A stretch of 26,507 nt of DNA from a virus (lineage: Duplodnaviria; Heunggongvirae; Uroviricota; Caudoviricetes): positions 80,259-106,765 of the IMG/VR virus record IMGVR_UViG_3300011772_000022; one strand, 5' to 3'. The translations under genes were made by a program, and so were the position numbers. Each line of letters starts with the position of its first letter. Within the stretch, counting starts at the first letter, position 1. Below, in pieces: positions 1 to 8,629 of this stretch. Under the pieces are notes generated by a model. It ran no database searches, had not been told where the DNA came from, and saw only the letters and a program-made list of their open reading frames with translations.

Positions 1-176
1 GTAGCGACCACCGTTACCGATACCGTACCAACAGTGCTGAAGTTTGGCTGAGTTTTAAATGTAAGGGTTGGATTCGGGTCCGTATCATCCGTAACCGTAA
101 CAAGGTCCTTAGGAAGTAACGTACCACCAACATAAACCCATACACCAGTTTTTGCAGTTAACACCGGAGCTGCCAT
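1..176 (-). CDS. Ig-like domain protein, possible capsid decoration protein (runs off window start)
   Basis: Not in ORF track. GGAGG RBS at 184-189, ATG at 176; MAAPVLTAKTGVWVYVGGTLLPKDLVTVTDDTDPNPTLTFKTQPNFSTVGTVSVTVVAT fits a bacterial Ig-like beta-sandwich pattern; directly after the major capsid gene. Confidence 0.6.
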   Translation of the reverse strand, partial: MAAPVLTAKTGVWVYVGGTLLPKDLVTVTDDTDPNPTLTFKTQPNFSTVGTVSVTVVA

Positions 177-183
177 TTAGCAT

Positions 184-266
184 ACCTCCAATCTTTAGTT
201 TCTTTACTTATATATTGTTAGTTAAGAATCTTTACCTCACTGAAGTAAAGATTCTTAACCTCATAG
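184..266 (-). promoter_or_regulatory. Tandem-palindrome module, copy A, with shared 18-bp RBS leader
   Basis: GTTAAGAATCTTTAC (221-235) and GTAAAGATTCTTAAC (245-259), 24-bp period, plus ACCTCCAATCTTTAGTTT (184-201); near-identical module at 23308-23391. Confidence 0.75.
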
Positions 267-279
267 AGCCTGTACAATA

Positions 280-1197
280 TTAAGCAGTTTCGATACGTAC
301 TAAGTTAGCATCTTCTAAGATTGCAGTACCGAAGATTGCGTACCAAGCTAATTTGTGGATACGTCCGAAGTCTTCGATTCCGCCGTCACGCATCTCAACA
401 GGTAATGCCCAACCTAAGCCGTAAGCATTTTCCCCGAACATAACGCCTTGGTATACATCAACAGATGCAGGAGCGCCGTTCGTACCTTTTTTGATGATAG
501 GTGTTTGAGTAGTCTCGATGAATACAACATCGTGAATACGTCCGATTTCACCTGCGTATTGCTTGCCGTATACAGTAACCATTTGGAATTCATGGTTGTT
601 ACGGATTCCACGAGCGTGATGCGGGTGGATGAAGCAAACGTAGTGGTCGTTAGCGTATTTACCAACGTTGTTCGTAGAAAGAACTTCGATACCGTCTTTT
701 AAGATTTCGCCATCGAATAAGTCAGTAGCAGCTAAAGCGCCACGGCTTGTTTTCTTACCTGCGTATACTACTTGAGTACCAGACATTACAGTTTTGCATA
801 ATTCGAAGTCGATTGTGCGAGCGTAGTCCATACCAAGTAATTTAGCTCCATTAGCCATTGTGTCATCGAAAGTAGCTTGTAATAGTAATTCAGTAACAGA
901 AATAGCGTTACCATATTCGTATACAGTTACCTCACGTTGGCTTGCGCTTAGAGCTTGCGTTTCCATTGGAACGCCTTCTTCTAATTTCTTACCAAGTTCT
1001 AAGTTGTTGTATACAGTCATTTTTAATGTTAGACCCGGAGTTACTGTAAGGTCAGTTTGTTGTACTGCGAATTGTTCAAAACGTAGTACAGGTTGAGCAT
1101 GGAATAAAATATCCTTCGAGTATACATCTAAAATCGTTTGTGGAATTGGTACTGCATTACCACCTGTTTGACGGGCTGCATTATATTTGTTTGCCAT
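280..1197 (-). CDS. Major capsid protein, N4-gp56-like family
   Basis: 305 aa, strong codon bias, follows portal/scaffold; GEIGRIHDVVFIET and IEDFGRIHKLAWYAIFG resemble the N4-gp56 family. Confidence 0.85.
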   Translation of the reverse strand: MANKYNAARQTGGNAVPIPQTILDVYSKDILFHAQPVLRFEQFAVQQTDLTVTPGLTLKMTVYNNLELGKKLEEGVPMETQALSASQREVTVYEYGNAISVTELLLQATFDDTMANGAKLLGMDYARTIDFELCKTVMSGTQVVYAGKKTSRGALAATDLFDGEILKDGIEVLSTNNVGKYANDHYVCFIHPHHARGIRNNHEFQMVTVYGKQYAGEIGRIHDVVFIETTQTPIIKKGTNGAPASVDVYQGVMFGENAYGLGWALPVEMRDGGIEDFGRIHKLAWYAIFGTAILEDANLVRIETA

Positions 1198-1224
1198 TGG
1201 GAAAACCTCCTAAGTAATTTAAAA

Positions 1225-1983
1225 TTATTGTATATTGCCATTTCTCATCTCTTGCATGATGCGAGAGCGATTCTTGGCAAACTCATCAGGAGACATACGT
1301 TTAATCTCTTCAGCAGTTAGAGGAGCCGTAGTCGTTGTATTTGCCGGATTCGTAATCGTAGTTGCGTTCTTCACGTTTTGTTGGTGTTGTTGCTGATTAG
1401 CAGCTTGAACTTCTCCAACAATACGAGCGTACTCAGCCTTAGCAGCTACAATCGAAGCATCAATTGCTTCCTTCGAACTCCCACCAACCATACCTTCGAT
1501 GATTGCACCTTTTGCCTCTTGGAGTTTCATAATCTTGTAAGCCTCTAACTCTGCTGCTGCTGCTTTTGCTTCCGCATCTGCTTTATCCTTCTGAAGTTGA
1601 GCAATGAATTCAGCTTGTTCCTTCTTCATTTCTGCAATCTGTAATTGGATTTTTTCTTCAGCAGTCAGGTTACTTTCCTCTAACTCTTTGGCACGTCGTT
1701 GTGCTTCTGCAAGAGCTTCTTGTTGTTTCTTCAATTCATCGTCTTTAAGACCGATAGTTTTATATAACTTATCCTTCTCTTCGCCACGAATTGATTGAGC
1801 GATTTGTTGGAACGCCGGAATCTGCAATAAGTCCTTTAGCTCCTTATCTTTCAATAAGTCCTCTAACGTAGGTTGAGCCGTATTCGTTACTACAGGCGGC
1901 TGCGTGTTAGTAGGTTGTTGCGTGTTTGGGTCCGTAGTTGCTTGTGGGTCATTCGTCGTATTTGGGTTCTGTGTATTTGTCAT
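1225..1983 (-). CDS. Capsid scaffold protein
   Basis: T/N/P/Q-rich N-terminus, long E/K/A coiled coil, C-terminal EEIKRMSPDEFAK motif, just upstream of MCP; start moved to ATG 1983 behind GGAGG. Confidence 0.75.
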   Translation of the reverse strand: MTNTQNPNTTNDPQATTDPNTQQPTNTQPPVVTNTAQPTLEDLLKDKELKDLLQIPAFQQIAQSIRGEEKDKLYKTIGLKDDELKKQQEALAEAQRRAKELEESNLTAEEKIQLQIAEMKKEQAEFIAQLQKDKADAEAKAAAAELEAYKIMKLQEAKGAIIEGMVGGSSKEAIDASIVAAKAEYARIVGEVQAANQQQHQQNVKNATTITNPANTTTTAPLTAEEIKRMSPDEFAKNRSRIMQEMRNGNIQ

Positions 1984-1999
1984 TTGTAAAACCTCCATT

Positions 2000-2662
2000 T
2001 TAATAGTTAAGTTTTAAGAGATATTCTGCCATAGGTCGAGGATAATCTGGTAAGCTATCAGGTTTGTATTTGCCTGCGAACGGCGCTAAAACGTCATCTA
2101 CTTTGTGATGCTCTTTGTAGAGAACCACTTCGATTTGTCTAGCCTCTGTTATGAGCGCAAATTCTTGTACCGTGTAATGGTACGCCCGAAGCATCTCAGT
2201 TATCATGATTCTCCTACTCCAACCATAGGCAGGGTTTTCAAAGTCCATCTTCAAAGATGAGAGTTGACCATTCAAGAGTTGTACAAGGCTCGTCCGTAAA
2301 ATAACTTTTATCCGATGTAGCCTCTTAAAGATGTCCGAACCTTCAAAAGTCTCTCTTAATCGCATTTCAATCCGTGTCGTGAGTTCATTCCGTTTGTCTT
2401 CTCGTAAGTCAATGCCGTATGTAATCTCTAAGTCTTTTAGAGTGAATTTGATTGCTTCAGTAGAAAGGGAAGAAGATAGCGTATGCATCATGCTCCCGTA
2501 ATACTCGCAATAAGATGAAACCAATGAACGTTGCTTCTGTACGTTAAAATACGAAGAGTCGTCTATCAGGTTTTCAGCTATGTCATAAGTCTGGCTCGAT
2601 AGCTCAGTCAATTTTGTCTCAGCCACTTTTACCAGAGTTCGTAACGGATGTACTTTTGCCAT
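2000..2662 (-). CDS. Putative head morphogenesis protein (SPP1 gp7-like)
   Basis: Between portal and scaffold; RRIMITEMLRAY resembles the gp7 RIARTE motif; TAATG coupling with portal. Confidence 0.5.
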   Translation of the reverse strand: MAKVHPLRTLVKVAETKLTELSSQTYDIAENLIDDSSYFNVQKQRSLVSSYCEYYGSMMHTLSSSLSTEAIKFTLKDLEITYGIDLREDKRNELTTRIEMRLRETFEGSDIFKRLHRIKVILRTSLVQLLNGQLSSLKMDFENPAYGWSRRIMITEMLRAYHYTVQEFALITEARQIEVVLYKEHHKVDDVLAPFAGKYKPDSLPDYPRPMAEYLLKLNY

Positions 2663-4236
2663 TACTTATCACCCTTTTTGGTCTTATCCTCTTTCTTTGC
2701 CTTCTGGACAGGTGTTTCGTTTTCAGGAGTCTTGCTATTCGGTGATGCTTTTTCATCTTTGGATACCTCACCGCCGATGTTAGTTTGTAGAGCTTTATTT
2801 GCTCCACCTGCTAAATCACCAGAACCGAATCCCATGTCCTCCATCAGCTTGCTCCACTCTTTAATCTCCGCTTTGATTTCTTCTAGTTTCTCCTTAGCGT
2901 TATATTCGCCAAGTTCACGTAAAGCATCAAGACGAGTTTGTAAGTGAAGTGCCATCTTCTGAGCGATTAATTGCATCTGAATCAGTTCATCTTTTGGAAG
3001 TGGGTCTTTAAAGTCAACAGACGTTTTGTAACGAATGCGTGGCTTCAAAGCATTGAACTTCGCAAGGTCTAATTCAGGATGACCAATCTCTTTCGCTATA
3101 CGAAGGATGAGAGTATTGATTTCCTCAATACCTTTACTGTAAGTAGCCCATTTTGTTCGAGTAAGTTCCATTAAAGGTTGGTTCTCGATGTGGAGTGCAA
3201 CACCACTTGTATTTGAAATTGACTTTTTGGCTCCTAAAGCATTCTCAGGGACCTTCCCGATTTCGAACATTACTTCACGTATCAACCCTAAGTAACTCAG
3301 GGCTGCCGTTAAGTCGGATTTCAATTCTAAGTTAAAGATATCTGAGTCTTTTGGAAGACCGCTCCATATCTTACGTGCACCACGCTCTAACTTAGATGCC
3401 TTCGCTCCTTTTACAACCGTAACAGGGGCAGAATGGTAATTGATAATATCCGAGATGTCCGTCATCTTGTCATTTAGCTGCTTATTAATAGGGATGATGT
3501 CCTTTAAGTCAGATTGCCCAAAGACCTCTCCGGCTTTCGGAATATTAGGAATATAGACAACTGGGATACACTTCAGAGGATTATCTTCTCTTGTTTGTAC
3601 CTTGTCATTCAAGTACGTTGTTATCGTAGTCGGTGTAATCACTTCACGGTACCAATACTCTTTCAATCGTCCGCCCTCATCGACATTGATTCGATACATA
3701 ACGGAAAACTCCGTCATCTTCGATTTATCGTGAGCGTGGAATCTTGGAAAAGCACAAACGCTTGGTATCTGTATAAGTCTGATACGACCTTCTGGATATT
3801 GCTCATAATTGAATGGGTCTTCTTCCGGGTCAAATTCCTCGACCGCAACCTTCACGTAACATTCACCTGAGATACCACCCATTTGCGCCATCTCAATAAA
3901 GAGTAACGTTCGTCGGTTGTCATCCCAGACCTCATCAAGTAGAGGCTTTGTTACCTGTTCTGCATCAGGGTCCGTATTGATAGCGAATCCTTTACCTGCT
4001 AAGAACGCAACACCTTTATCTACAAAGGCTTTAGAATAATTTATCGTAATCTGGTCTTCACCATCAGGACGACGATTATTCCAGTGGTCACCATTATAGA
4101 ATTTAAAGTACGTTGCCATATTCTGAACACGTAGAAGTTCCTCTCGTGTTAACCCTGCATCTAAAAGGAATGGGTTGGAAGCAATCGTATTACTTTGCTC
4201 TAGGTTCAGCCCTGTATTGTATGGATTGTTTGTCAT
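2662..4236 (-). CDS. Portal protein (SPP1 gp6-like)
   Basis: 524 aa; PVVYIPN..G.SDLKDIIPINKQLNDKMTD and SNTSGVAL segments typical of this family; position in head module. Confidence 0.85.
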   Translation of the reverse strand: MTNNPYNTGLNLEQSNTIASNPFLLDAGLTREELLRVQNMATYFKFYNGDHWNNRRPDGEDQITINYSKAFVDKGVAFLAGKGFAINTDPDAEQVTKPLLDEVWDDNRRTLLFIEMAQMGGISGECYVKVAVEEFDPEEDPFNYEQYPEGRIRLIQIPSVCAFPRFHAHDKSKMTEFSVMYRINVDEGGRLKEYWYREVITPTTITTYLNDKVQTREDNPLKCIPVVYIPNIPKAGEVFGQSDLKDIIPINKQLNDKMTDISDIINYHSAPVTVVKGAKASKLERGARKIWSGLPKDSDIFNLELKSDLTAALSYLGLIREVMFEIGKVPENALGAKKSISNTSGVALHIENQPLMELTRTKWATYSKGIEEINTLILRIAKEIGHPELDLAKFNALKPRIRYKTSVDFKDPLPKDELIQMQLIAQKMALHLQTRLDALRELGEYNAKEKLEEIKAEIKEWSKLMEDMGFGSGDLAGGANKALQTNIGGEVSKDEKASPNSKTPENETPVQKAKKEDKTKKGDK

Positions 4237-4272
4237 AGCTTCACCTTCTCCCTTTCATAATAGGATAGTTGC

Positions 4273-4288
4273 AGGGGATTTCTCCCCC
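4273..4288 (-). other. GAAA-tetraloop hairpin
   Basis: Minus-strand GGGGGA-GAAA-TCCCCT between the 54-aa ORF and portal; no clear U tract. Confidence 0.45.
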
Positions 4289-4305
4289 ACCTCTACCTTG
4301 CTGCA

Positions 4306-4470
4306 TTAGTTTAACTTACCAGTTGTACCAGAAGTTACAGATGCAGGCTTTGGATTGCCGTCAGTTGGATGTTGACGTTTGTTAGCTAAGTTGATACCTT
4401 CACGGAAAGCACCATTCTTTGCAACCGGAAGCGGTTGAGTCTTAGCAGCGTTCTCGAAACCACGATTCAT
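4306..4470 (-). CDS. 54-aa protein upstream of portal
   Basis: Below ORF-track cutoff. RBS AAGGGGG, ATG 4470, TAA 4306; MNRGFENAAKTQPLPVAKNGAFREGINLANKRQHPTDGNPKPASVTSGTTGKLN with MCP-like codon bias. Confidence 0.7.
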   Translation of the reverse strand: MNRGFENAAKTQPLPVAKNGAFREGINLANKRQHPTDGNPKPASVTSGTTGKLN

Positions 4471-4483
4471 ACTTGTAGCCCCC

Positions 4484-5329
4484 TTATGATTTATTGGACG
4501 TTAACTTGTCCATATTGTTCAAAGCCTTAATTAAGGTCTTTGCAACCTTCCCACGTAGTACATGATTCGGAGTTTTAAATTCCGAAACACCTACAATCGA
4601 TTCCTCAGCTAAAAGTTCCATTAAGAATTCCAGACCATCTGCTTTACGGTCTTTCTGCCACTTAGACGTGTCACCAAGTAGAATCAGTTTCCCGCCCGCA
4701 CCTACACGAGAAGCAATCGTAATGATTTCTTCACGAGTTAAGTTCTGAGCTTCGTCTACTACAACCCAACCGTTTGTGATATCACGACCTCGGACATATT
4801 CCAAAGTAGTAACATGCAAACGTTCTTGTTGTTTTAGAGATTCTACTTCTAATTGAGACAAGCGCTTAATATATTGGTAGAAAGACTCATATTCAGGGTC
4901 GGTTTTCTCATCAAGAGTACCCGGTAAATGACCGTGTGTTTTCCCGACTGGAACGTGAGGTTTTGTAAGGTACAGTTGGAATCCTACATCACCCTTCAGT
5001 TTTTCAACCGCATGAGCCATAATAGTTCCGGTTTTTCCTGTACCGAAGTATCCATCTGCAATTACGATTAATACTTCCTCGTTTTGCAAGTGGTCATAAA
5101 ATAAGTGAAGGTCTTTGTTAGCAGGTTTCCATTCTCGGACAGGACGATGTTTCGTTAATGGACGAACCGACTTAATAGCAGGGTCGTAGATACCTAGATG
5201 TTCCCTCCCATCTTCGCTGCGAAGTATTACACCTGCATGAGGCGTATCCGCTACGTTAATAGAAGTGTTGAATTTAAGGTATTGCTCCATTTCAGAATTC
5301 GTTATCTCGTGCGTTGTCCAATTTGTCAT
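4484..5329 (-). CDS. phoH: PhoH-family ATPase
   Basis: GYFGTGKT Walker A, EYVRGR, VVVDEAQNLT Walker B, LLGD; start moved to ATG 5329 behind AAGGTGG. Confidence 0.9.
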   Translation of the reverse strand: MTNWTTHEITNSEMEQYLKFNTSINVADTPHAGVILRSEDGREHLGIYDPAIKSVRPLTKHRPVREWKPANKDLHLFYDHLQNEEVLIVIADGYFGTGKTGTIMAHAVEKLKGDVGFQLYLTKPHVPVGKTHGHLPGTLDEKTDPEYESFYQYIKRLSQLEVESLKQQERLHVTTLEYVRGRDITNGWVVVDEAQNLTREEIITIASRVGAGGKLILLGDTSKWQKDRKADGLEFLMELLAEESIVGVSEFKTPNHVLRGKVAKTLIKALNNMDKLTSNKS

Positions 5330-5355
5330 TTCTCCGCCACCTTCTGAACATAATA

Positions 5356-5425
5356 AAAGCAGACCGAAGACAGTCAACACGAATCATAAAAATTCGGTTA
5401 AACTCTTTGTCTATTAGTCTGCTTT
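5356..5425 (-). other. Long interrupted hairpin in phoH 5' leader
   Basis: AAAGCAGAC/GTCTGCTTT outer stem, nested AGACA/TGTCT and CGAAT/ATTCG stems. Confidence 0.5.
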
Positions 5426-5505
5426 GTCATAATTATATTTACCTATTTTATATGTTATAAGTGGGACCAAAATTTTTTGAACAAAAAAGCTAGTCCTCAC
5501 TAACC

Positions 5506-5534
5506 ATTATAGGTAATTTTTTCATGTATGTCAA
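5506..5534 (-). promoter_or_regulatory. Consensus sigmaA promoter upstream of phoH
   Basis: TTGACA (5534-5529), 17 nt, TATAAT (5511-5506). Confidence 0.85.
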
Positions 5535-5549
5535 TCATGTATCGAATAT

Positions 5550-5807
5550 TCAAACAAGGTAATCTTTAATCATTTTATCAATTGCTTCCTTGTTGAACCC
5601 GCATGTCGTCTGGGTTTGACCAAAATAGGTACCATAGGTCTGTGTCCAGTCTCTAAACAGGACGGGAACCCGAGTGTATCCAAAATCTGCTAGGATTTTA
5701 GTATCATTAGTGATATCAATTACCTCGAATTCCACGTTATTATCTAAGAGATATTGTCCCATTAAGTCGCATTCGGGACAGTTCTGCTTCACGTATAGTT
5801 TTAACAT
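5550..5807 (-). CDS. Glutaredoxin-like (NrdH-type) protein
   Basis: 85 aa, N-terminal CPEC and RVPVL cis-Pro motif. Confidence 0.85.
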   Translation of the reverse strand: MLKLYVKQNCPECDLMGQYLLDNNVEFEVIDITNDTKILADFGYTRVPVLFRDWTQTYGTYFGQTQTTCGFNKEAIDKMIKDYLV

Positions 5808-6075
5808 CCTTTTCTCCCACCTCCGGCTTCCTTATTTTCGTGTCGGATGCATCAATCTTTAATATGATTGACGGATACATTAACCATTCCGCTTCCTTTT
5901 TAAAGATAGAATACGGACTTTCTACAGGTAGTCCACATTCCAACCGAGAATAAGCGATATCTCTGTCAGTTCGTGTGCTATACCATAAGGTAGAACACTC
6001 CTGTCCTTCACTAATTGCATACATAATTCCATATTGGGCGCAAGCATCATGTTCAACATAGGGTATCTTTCCCAT
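5740..6075 (-). CDS. Hypothetical protein
   Basis: 111 aa, AGGAGG RBS; 3' end overlaps glutaredoxin start. Confidence 0.55.
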   Translation of the reverse strand: MGKIPYVEHDACAQYGIMYAISEGQECSTLWYSTRTDRDIAYSRLECGLPVESPYSIFKKEAEWLMYPSIILKIDASDTKIRKPEVGEKDVKTIREAELSRMRLNGTISLR

Positions 6076-6086
6076 CGAATTTCCTC

Positions 6087-6332
6087 CTATTCTTCTCGTA
6101 ACATTTTACGTGTAATAAGGTGTCCTTCATTCGCTTCATAATGGATGTTATTTTGTGTAACACCCGCCAATGCAGCAGCATCCATGTAGTCCTCAACATC
6201 ATAATACGTAATAACTTCGCCAGTCTTTAGTGAAAAGGTCATAACGAAGCTCTCAATATCATGAAAGTTCTCCTCTATAAACTGAATCATTGCCGTTTTA
6301 CTCTCTGGGGCGATACGTTGTATATTCGACAT
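6087..6332 (-). CDS. Hypothetical protein
   Basis: 81 aa, GAGGTGG RBS, TAATG coupling. Confidence 0.65.
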   Translation of the reverse strand: MSNIQRIAPESKTAMIQFIEENFHDIESFVMTFSLKTGEVITYYDVEDYMDAAALAGVTQNNIHYEANEGHLITRKMLREE

Positions 6333-6613
6333 TATTCCACCTCTAAATCGTACGTTTTCACGAATATGTCGTGTTTACAAGGGTAAATTTCACCTGCAAC
6401 CCCTTTGATAATCCAGTCTCCGAAGCCACCCTTCATTCTTCCTTCTAATGTCGGGATTTCACACCACATATCAGGTCCACCTTTTGTATCTACACCTGTT
6501 GCATAGAGCATAATTTCTCTAGAAGACACTTTTTCTTGGAACCAATCCGGGAACGTCTCAACCCCATAACGAAATGCCTCAATTACCACAGGTTTTTTAC
6601 GATATTTTGTCAT
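6332..6613 (-). CDS. Conserved phage protein (KYRKKPVVIEA...GDWIIKGVxGExYPCK type)
   Basis: 93 aa from ATG 6613 behind AGGAGG; the upstream part of the tracked ORF overlaps another gene. Confidence 0.75.
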   Translation of the reverse strand: MTKYRKKPVVIEAFRYGVETFPDWFQEKVSSREIMLYATGVDTKGGPDMWCEIPTLEGRMKGGFGDWIIKGVAGEIYPCKHDIFVKTYDLEVE

Positions 6614-6630
6614 TTTTCTTCCTCCTAATG

Positions 6631-6795
6631 TTATATTAATACACCAAAGAATAAGGCTAAGATAAACCATAGAATAACACCTAAGGAGAATCCTAGAACA
6701 ATTATCATCATAAAACGGAATATTGTTGATTTCCATATTATCACAACAAGCTGAACTACCCATATTCCAAGTATAAGCCATCCAATTTCTCTCAT
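6631..6795 (-). CDS. 54-aa two-TM membrane protein
   Basis: Below ORF-track cutoff. AGGAGG RBS, ATG 6795, TAA 6631; MREIGWLILGIWVVQLVVIIWKSTIFRFMMIIVLGFSLGVILWFILALFFGVLI. Confidence 0.7.
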   Translation of the reverse strand: MREIGWLILGIWVVQLVVIIWKSTIFRFMMIIVLGFSLGVILWFILALFFGVLI

Positions 6796-6804
6796 AAGTT
6801 CCTC

Positions 6805-8559
6805 CTAGTAATCAGATTCCTCGATTTCTGGGTAGAATTCCGCCTGTGCAGCTAAATTCGCAAGACCTAATGAGTCACAATAGTCATCATGTGCGCCTTT
6901 CGTATCTGGATGTTGACAGACCATGTATTGACCAACGTAATCTTTTTCCAAGTCGAGCATCTGAGATTCGAATTTCTTGAATTGTCTTAAACGTTTTACT
7001 CTGGAATGTCCCGGAATTACAAGTCTGTGCTGCCTTAATTCTGTATCCAGTGCCTTCCACATTTCCGATTTAGATTGACGAGAGAACGGATAAGGTATGA
7101 CGTCTACCATATCGAGCGCATAAATAAAGCGGTCGGCTACGGCATCCCCTTTACCAGTCGAGTCAATATACATCGTTCGTACATTATAGTTCTTCAGGAA
7201 GTCGATAATCTTATGGAATTGGACCTCATGGTCATCCCCTTCGAGTTCGAGCCAAGCAATTAACGTTTTCTGTGGCTGCATCTGTCCGGTCAACGCATTT
7301 TCATACGCATTATCCCAGTCCATTTCCAGTACAGTAACAACCGTGCTATCGGCTCCTTTACCAACGTCCATTCCAACCCCGCAAGGCATAGCCGAAGATT
7401 CTTTTAGCTTCAGCGATACATCATACGTATCTGTTAAAACATCTTCGGTGATAAACATACCACGCTCAAGGATAAAGTGAAGGCGATATGCCATTCTAAA
7501 TTCGTCCGAATCATACCCGATACGTTCAATCTCTTTCTCAATGTATTTTGCATAACGTTTGTTGTATTTCTGTACCGTACGATAGTCGTATTGGAAGTGG
7601 TTTTGCTCCGCTCCATACTCCTGCGCTTTACGGATATTACGACGAACCGTTTCATAGAAAGAAGACTTCTTCGTATTCGGTGTACCAATCTTGATAAGTG
7701 TTGCGTTCGTAGAGGCTCCCATCGGGTGAATCGATTTTAATAGTTTCATATCATCTACGTCCTGACACTCATCGACCCAGATAATGTGATACGTTTTCGA
7801 CTCGATTTGGGATTGCTTCGCAGCAGTCATCATTCGGCATAGTGACCCATTCGTTAAGACAATCGGATTCCCCTTCTCGGATTCGAAATCTACCGATACC
7901 TCAGGGTCCGTCATTACCATTCTTGCATTCTTAGAAGTTAGCTTCGACTTCAGACGTGTAAAGGCAGTATGTGCCTGCTCTTTAGAAGGAGCAAAGATAC
8001 CAACCAGTACCCCATCCTTGAATTGCTGCAAGTTTTCATTCTGTGGCATCAGTTTCGCCAAGATAGGCAGAATTACCATCAATCCCCCAAGGGCTACCGC
8101 AGCAGATTCCGTTTTACCTGACTGACGTGAGAATAAAGCCGTAATCTCTTCCCCATCATTGACGATAACGGATTTAATAATACGTTTCGCAAACGGTGAC
8201 TGATACGGATACAGGCTCGTCCCAGATTGGGCTTCACAATAGAGATATACCTTCTCCACAAGGTCATTGATATCACTCTTCGTATTTATGACGGCAAGCT
8301 CAGAAGTAATCTCCTCTTCCAACGCCTTCAACTGTCTCTCAGTCTCCCGGTCCATCATATCAGAAGCCTTTTCTGCTACCTCTTTCTTCTCTTCCTCTTC
8401 TGGCTTTTCCGGTTCGGCGGGTAAAGGGGTACTCTCCTTCTCTAAATCAACCTTTTTATCTTCGTTCTTTTTAGATTTGTTAGCTTTTCGCTTTTTCTCT
8501 TGTTGCTTTGCATATTGCTCCTTTGACATACCATCAGACTCATTTATGATTATAGCCAT
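6805..8559 (-). CDS. terL: Terminase large subunit
   Basis: 584 aa; SRQSGKT Walker A, IWVDECQD Walker B, IGTP, nuclease motifs GMDVG, YIDSTG, HDDYCDS. Confidence 0.93.
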   Translation of the reverse strand: MAIIINESDGMSKEQYAKQQEKKRKANKSKKNEDKKVDLEKESTPLPAEPEKPEEEEKKEVAEKASDMMDRETERQLKALEEEITSELAVINTKSDINDLVEKVYLYCEAQSGTSLYPYQSPFAKRIIKSVIVNDGEEITALFSRQSGKTESAAVALGGLMVILPILAKLMPQNENLQQFKDGVLVGIFAPSKEQAHTAFTRLKSKLTSKNARMVMTDPEVSVDFESEKGNPIVLTNGSLCRMMTAAKQSQIESKTYHIIWVDECQDVDDMKLLKSIHPMGASTNATLIKIGTPNTKKSSFYETVRRNIRKAQEYGAEQNHFQYDYRTVQKYNKRYAKYIEKEIERIGYDSDEFRMAYRLHFILERGMFITEDVLTDTYDVSLKLKESSAMPCGVGMDVGKGADSTVVTVLEMDWDNAYENALTGQMQPQKTLIAWLELEGDDHEVQFHKIIDFLKNYNVRTMYIDSTGKGDAVADRFIYALDMVDVIPYPFSRQSKSEMWKALDTELRQHRLVIPGHSRVKRLRQFKKFESQMLDLEKDYVGQYMVCQHPDTKGAHDDYCDSLGLANLAAQAEFYPEIEESDY

Positions 8560-8591
8560 AGGTTTATTCCTCCTCCACCTATACTACTTAT

Positions 8592-8620
8592 ATTATATAA
8601 TGGAATTGGAAAATTTTGAA
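8592..8620 (-). promoter_or_regulatory. sigmaA-like promoter upstream of terL
   Basis: TTCAAA (8620-8615), 17 nt, TATAAT (8597-8592), then GGAGGAGG RBS. Confidence 0.5.
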
Positions 8621-8629
8621 GTCTTTCTC

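Noticed and set aside
176-280. Frameshift or readthrough fusion of MCP to the Ig-like protein
   Set aside because: 103-nt gap, own strong RBS, in-frame TAA just before the ATG.
4484-5807. phoH and glutaredoxin as novel auxiliary genes
   Set aside because: Both are very common in phages.
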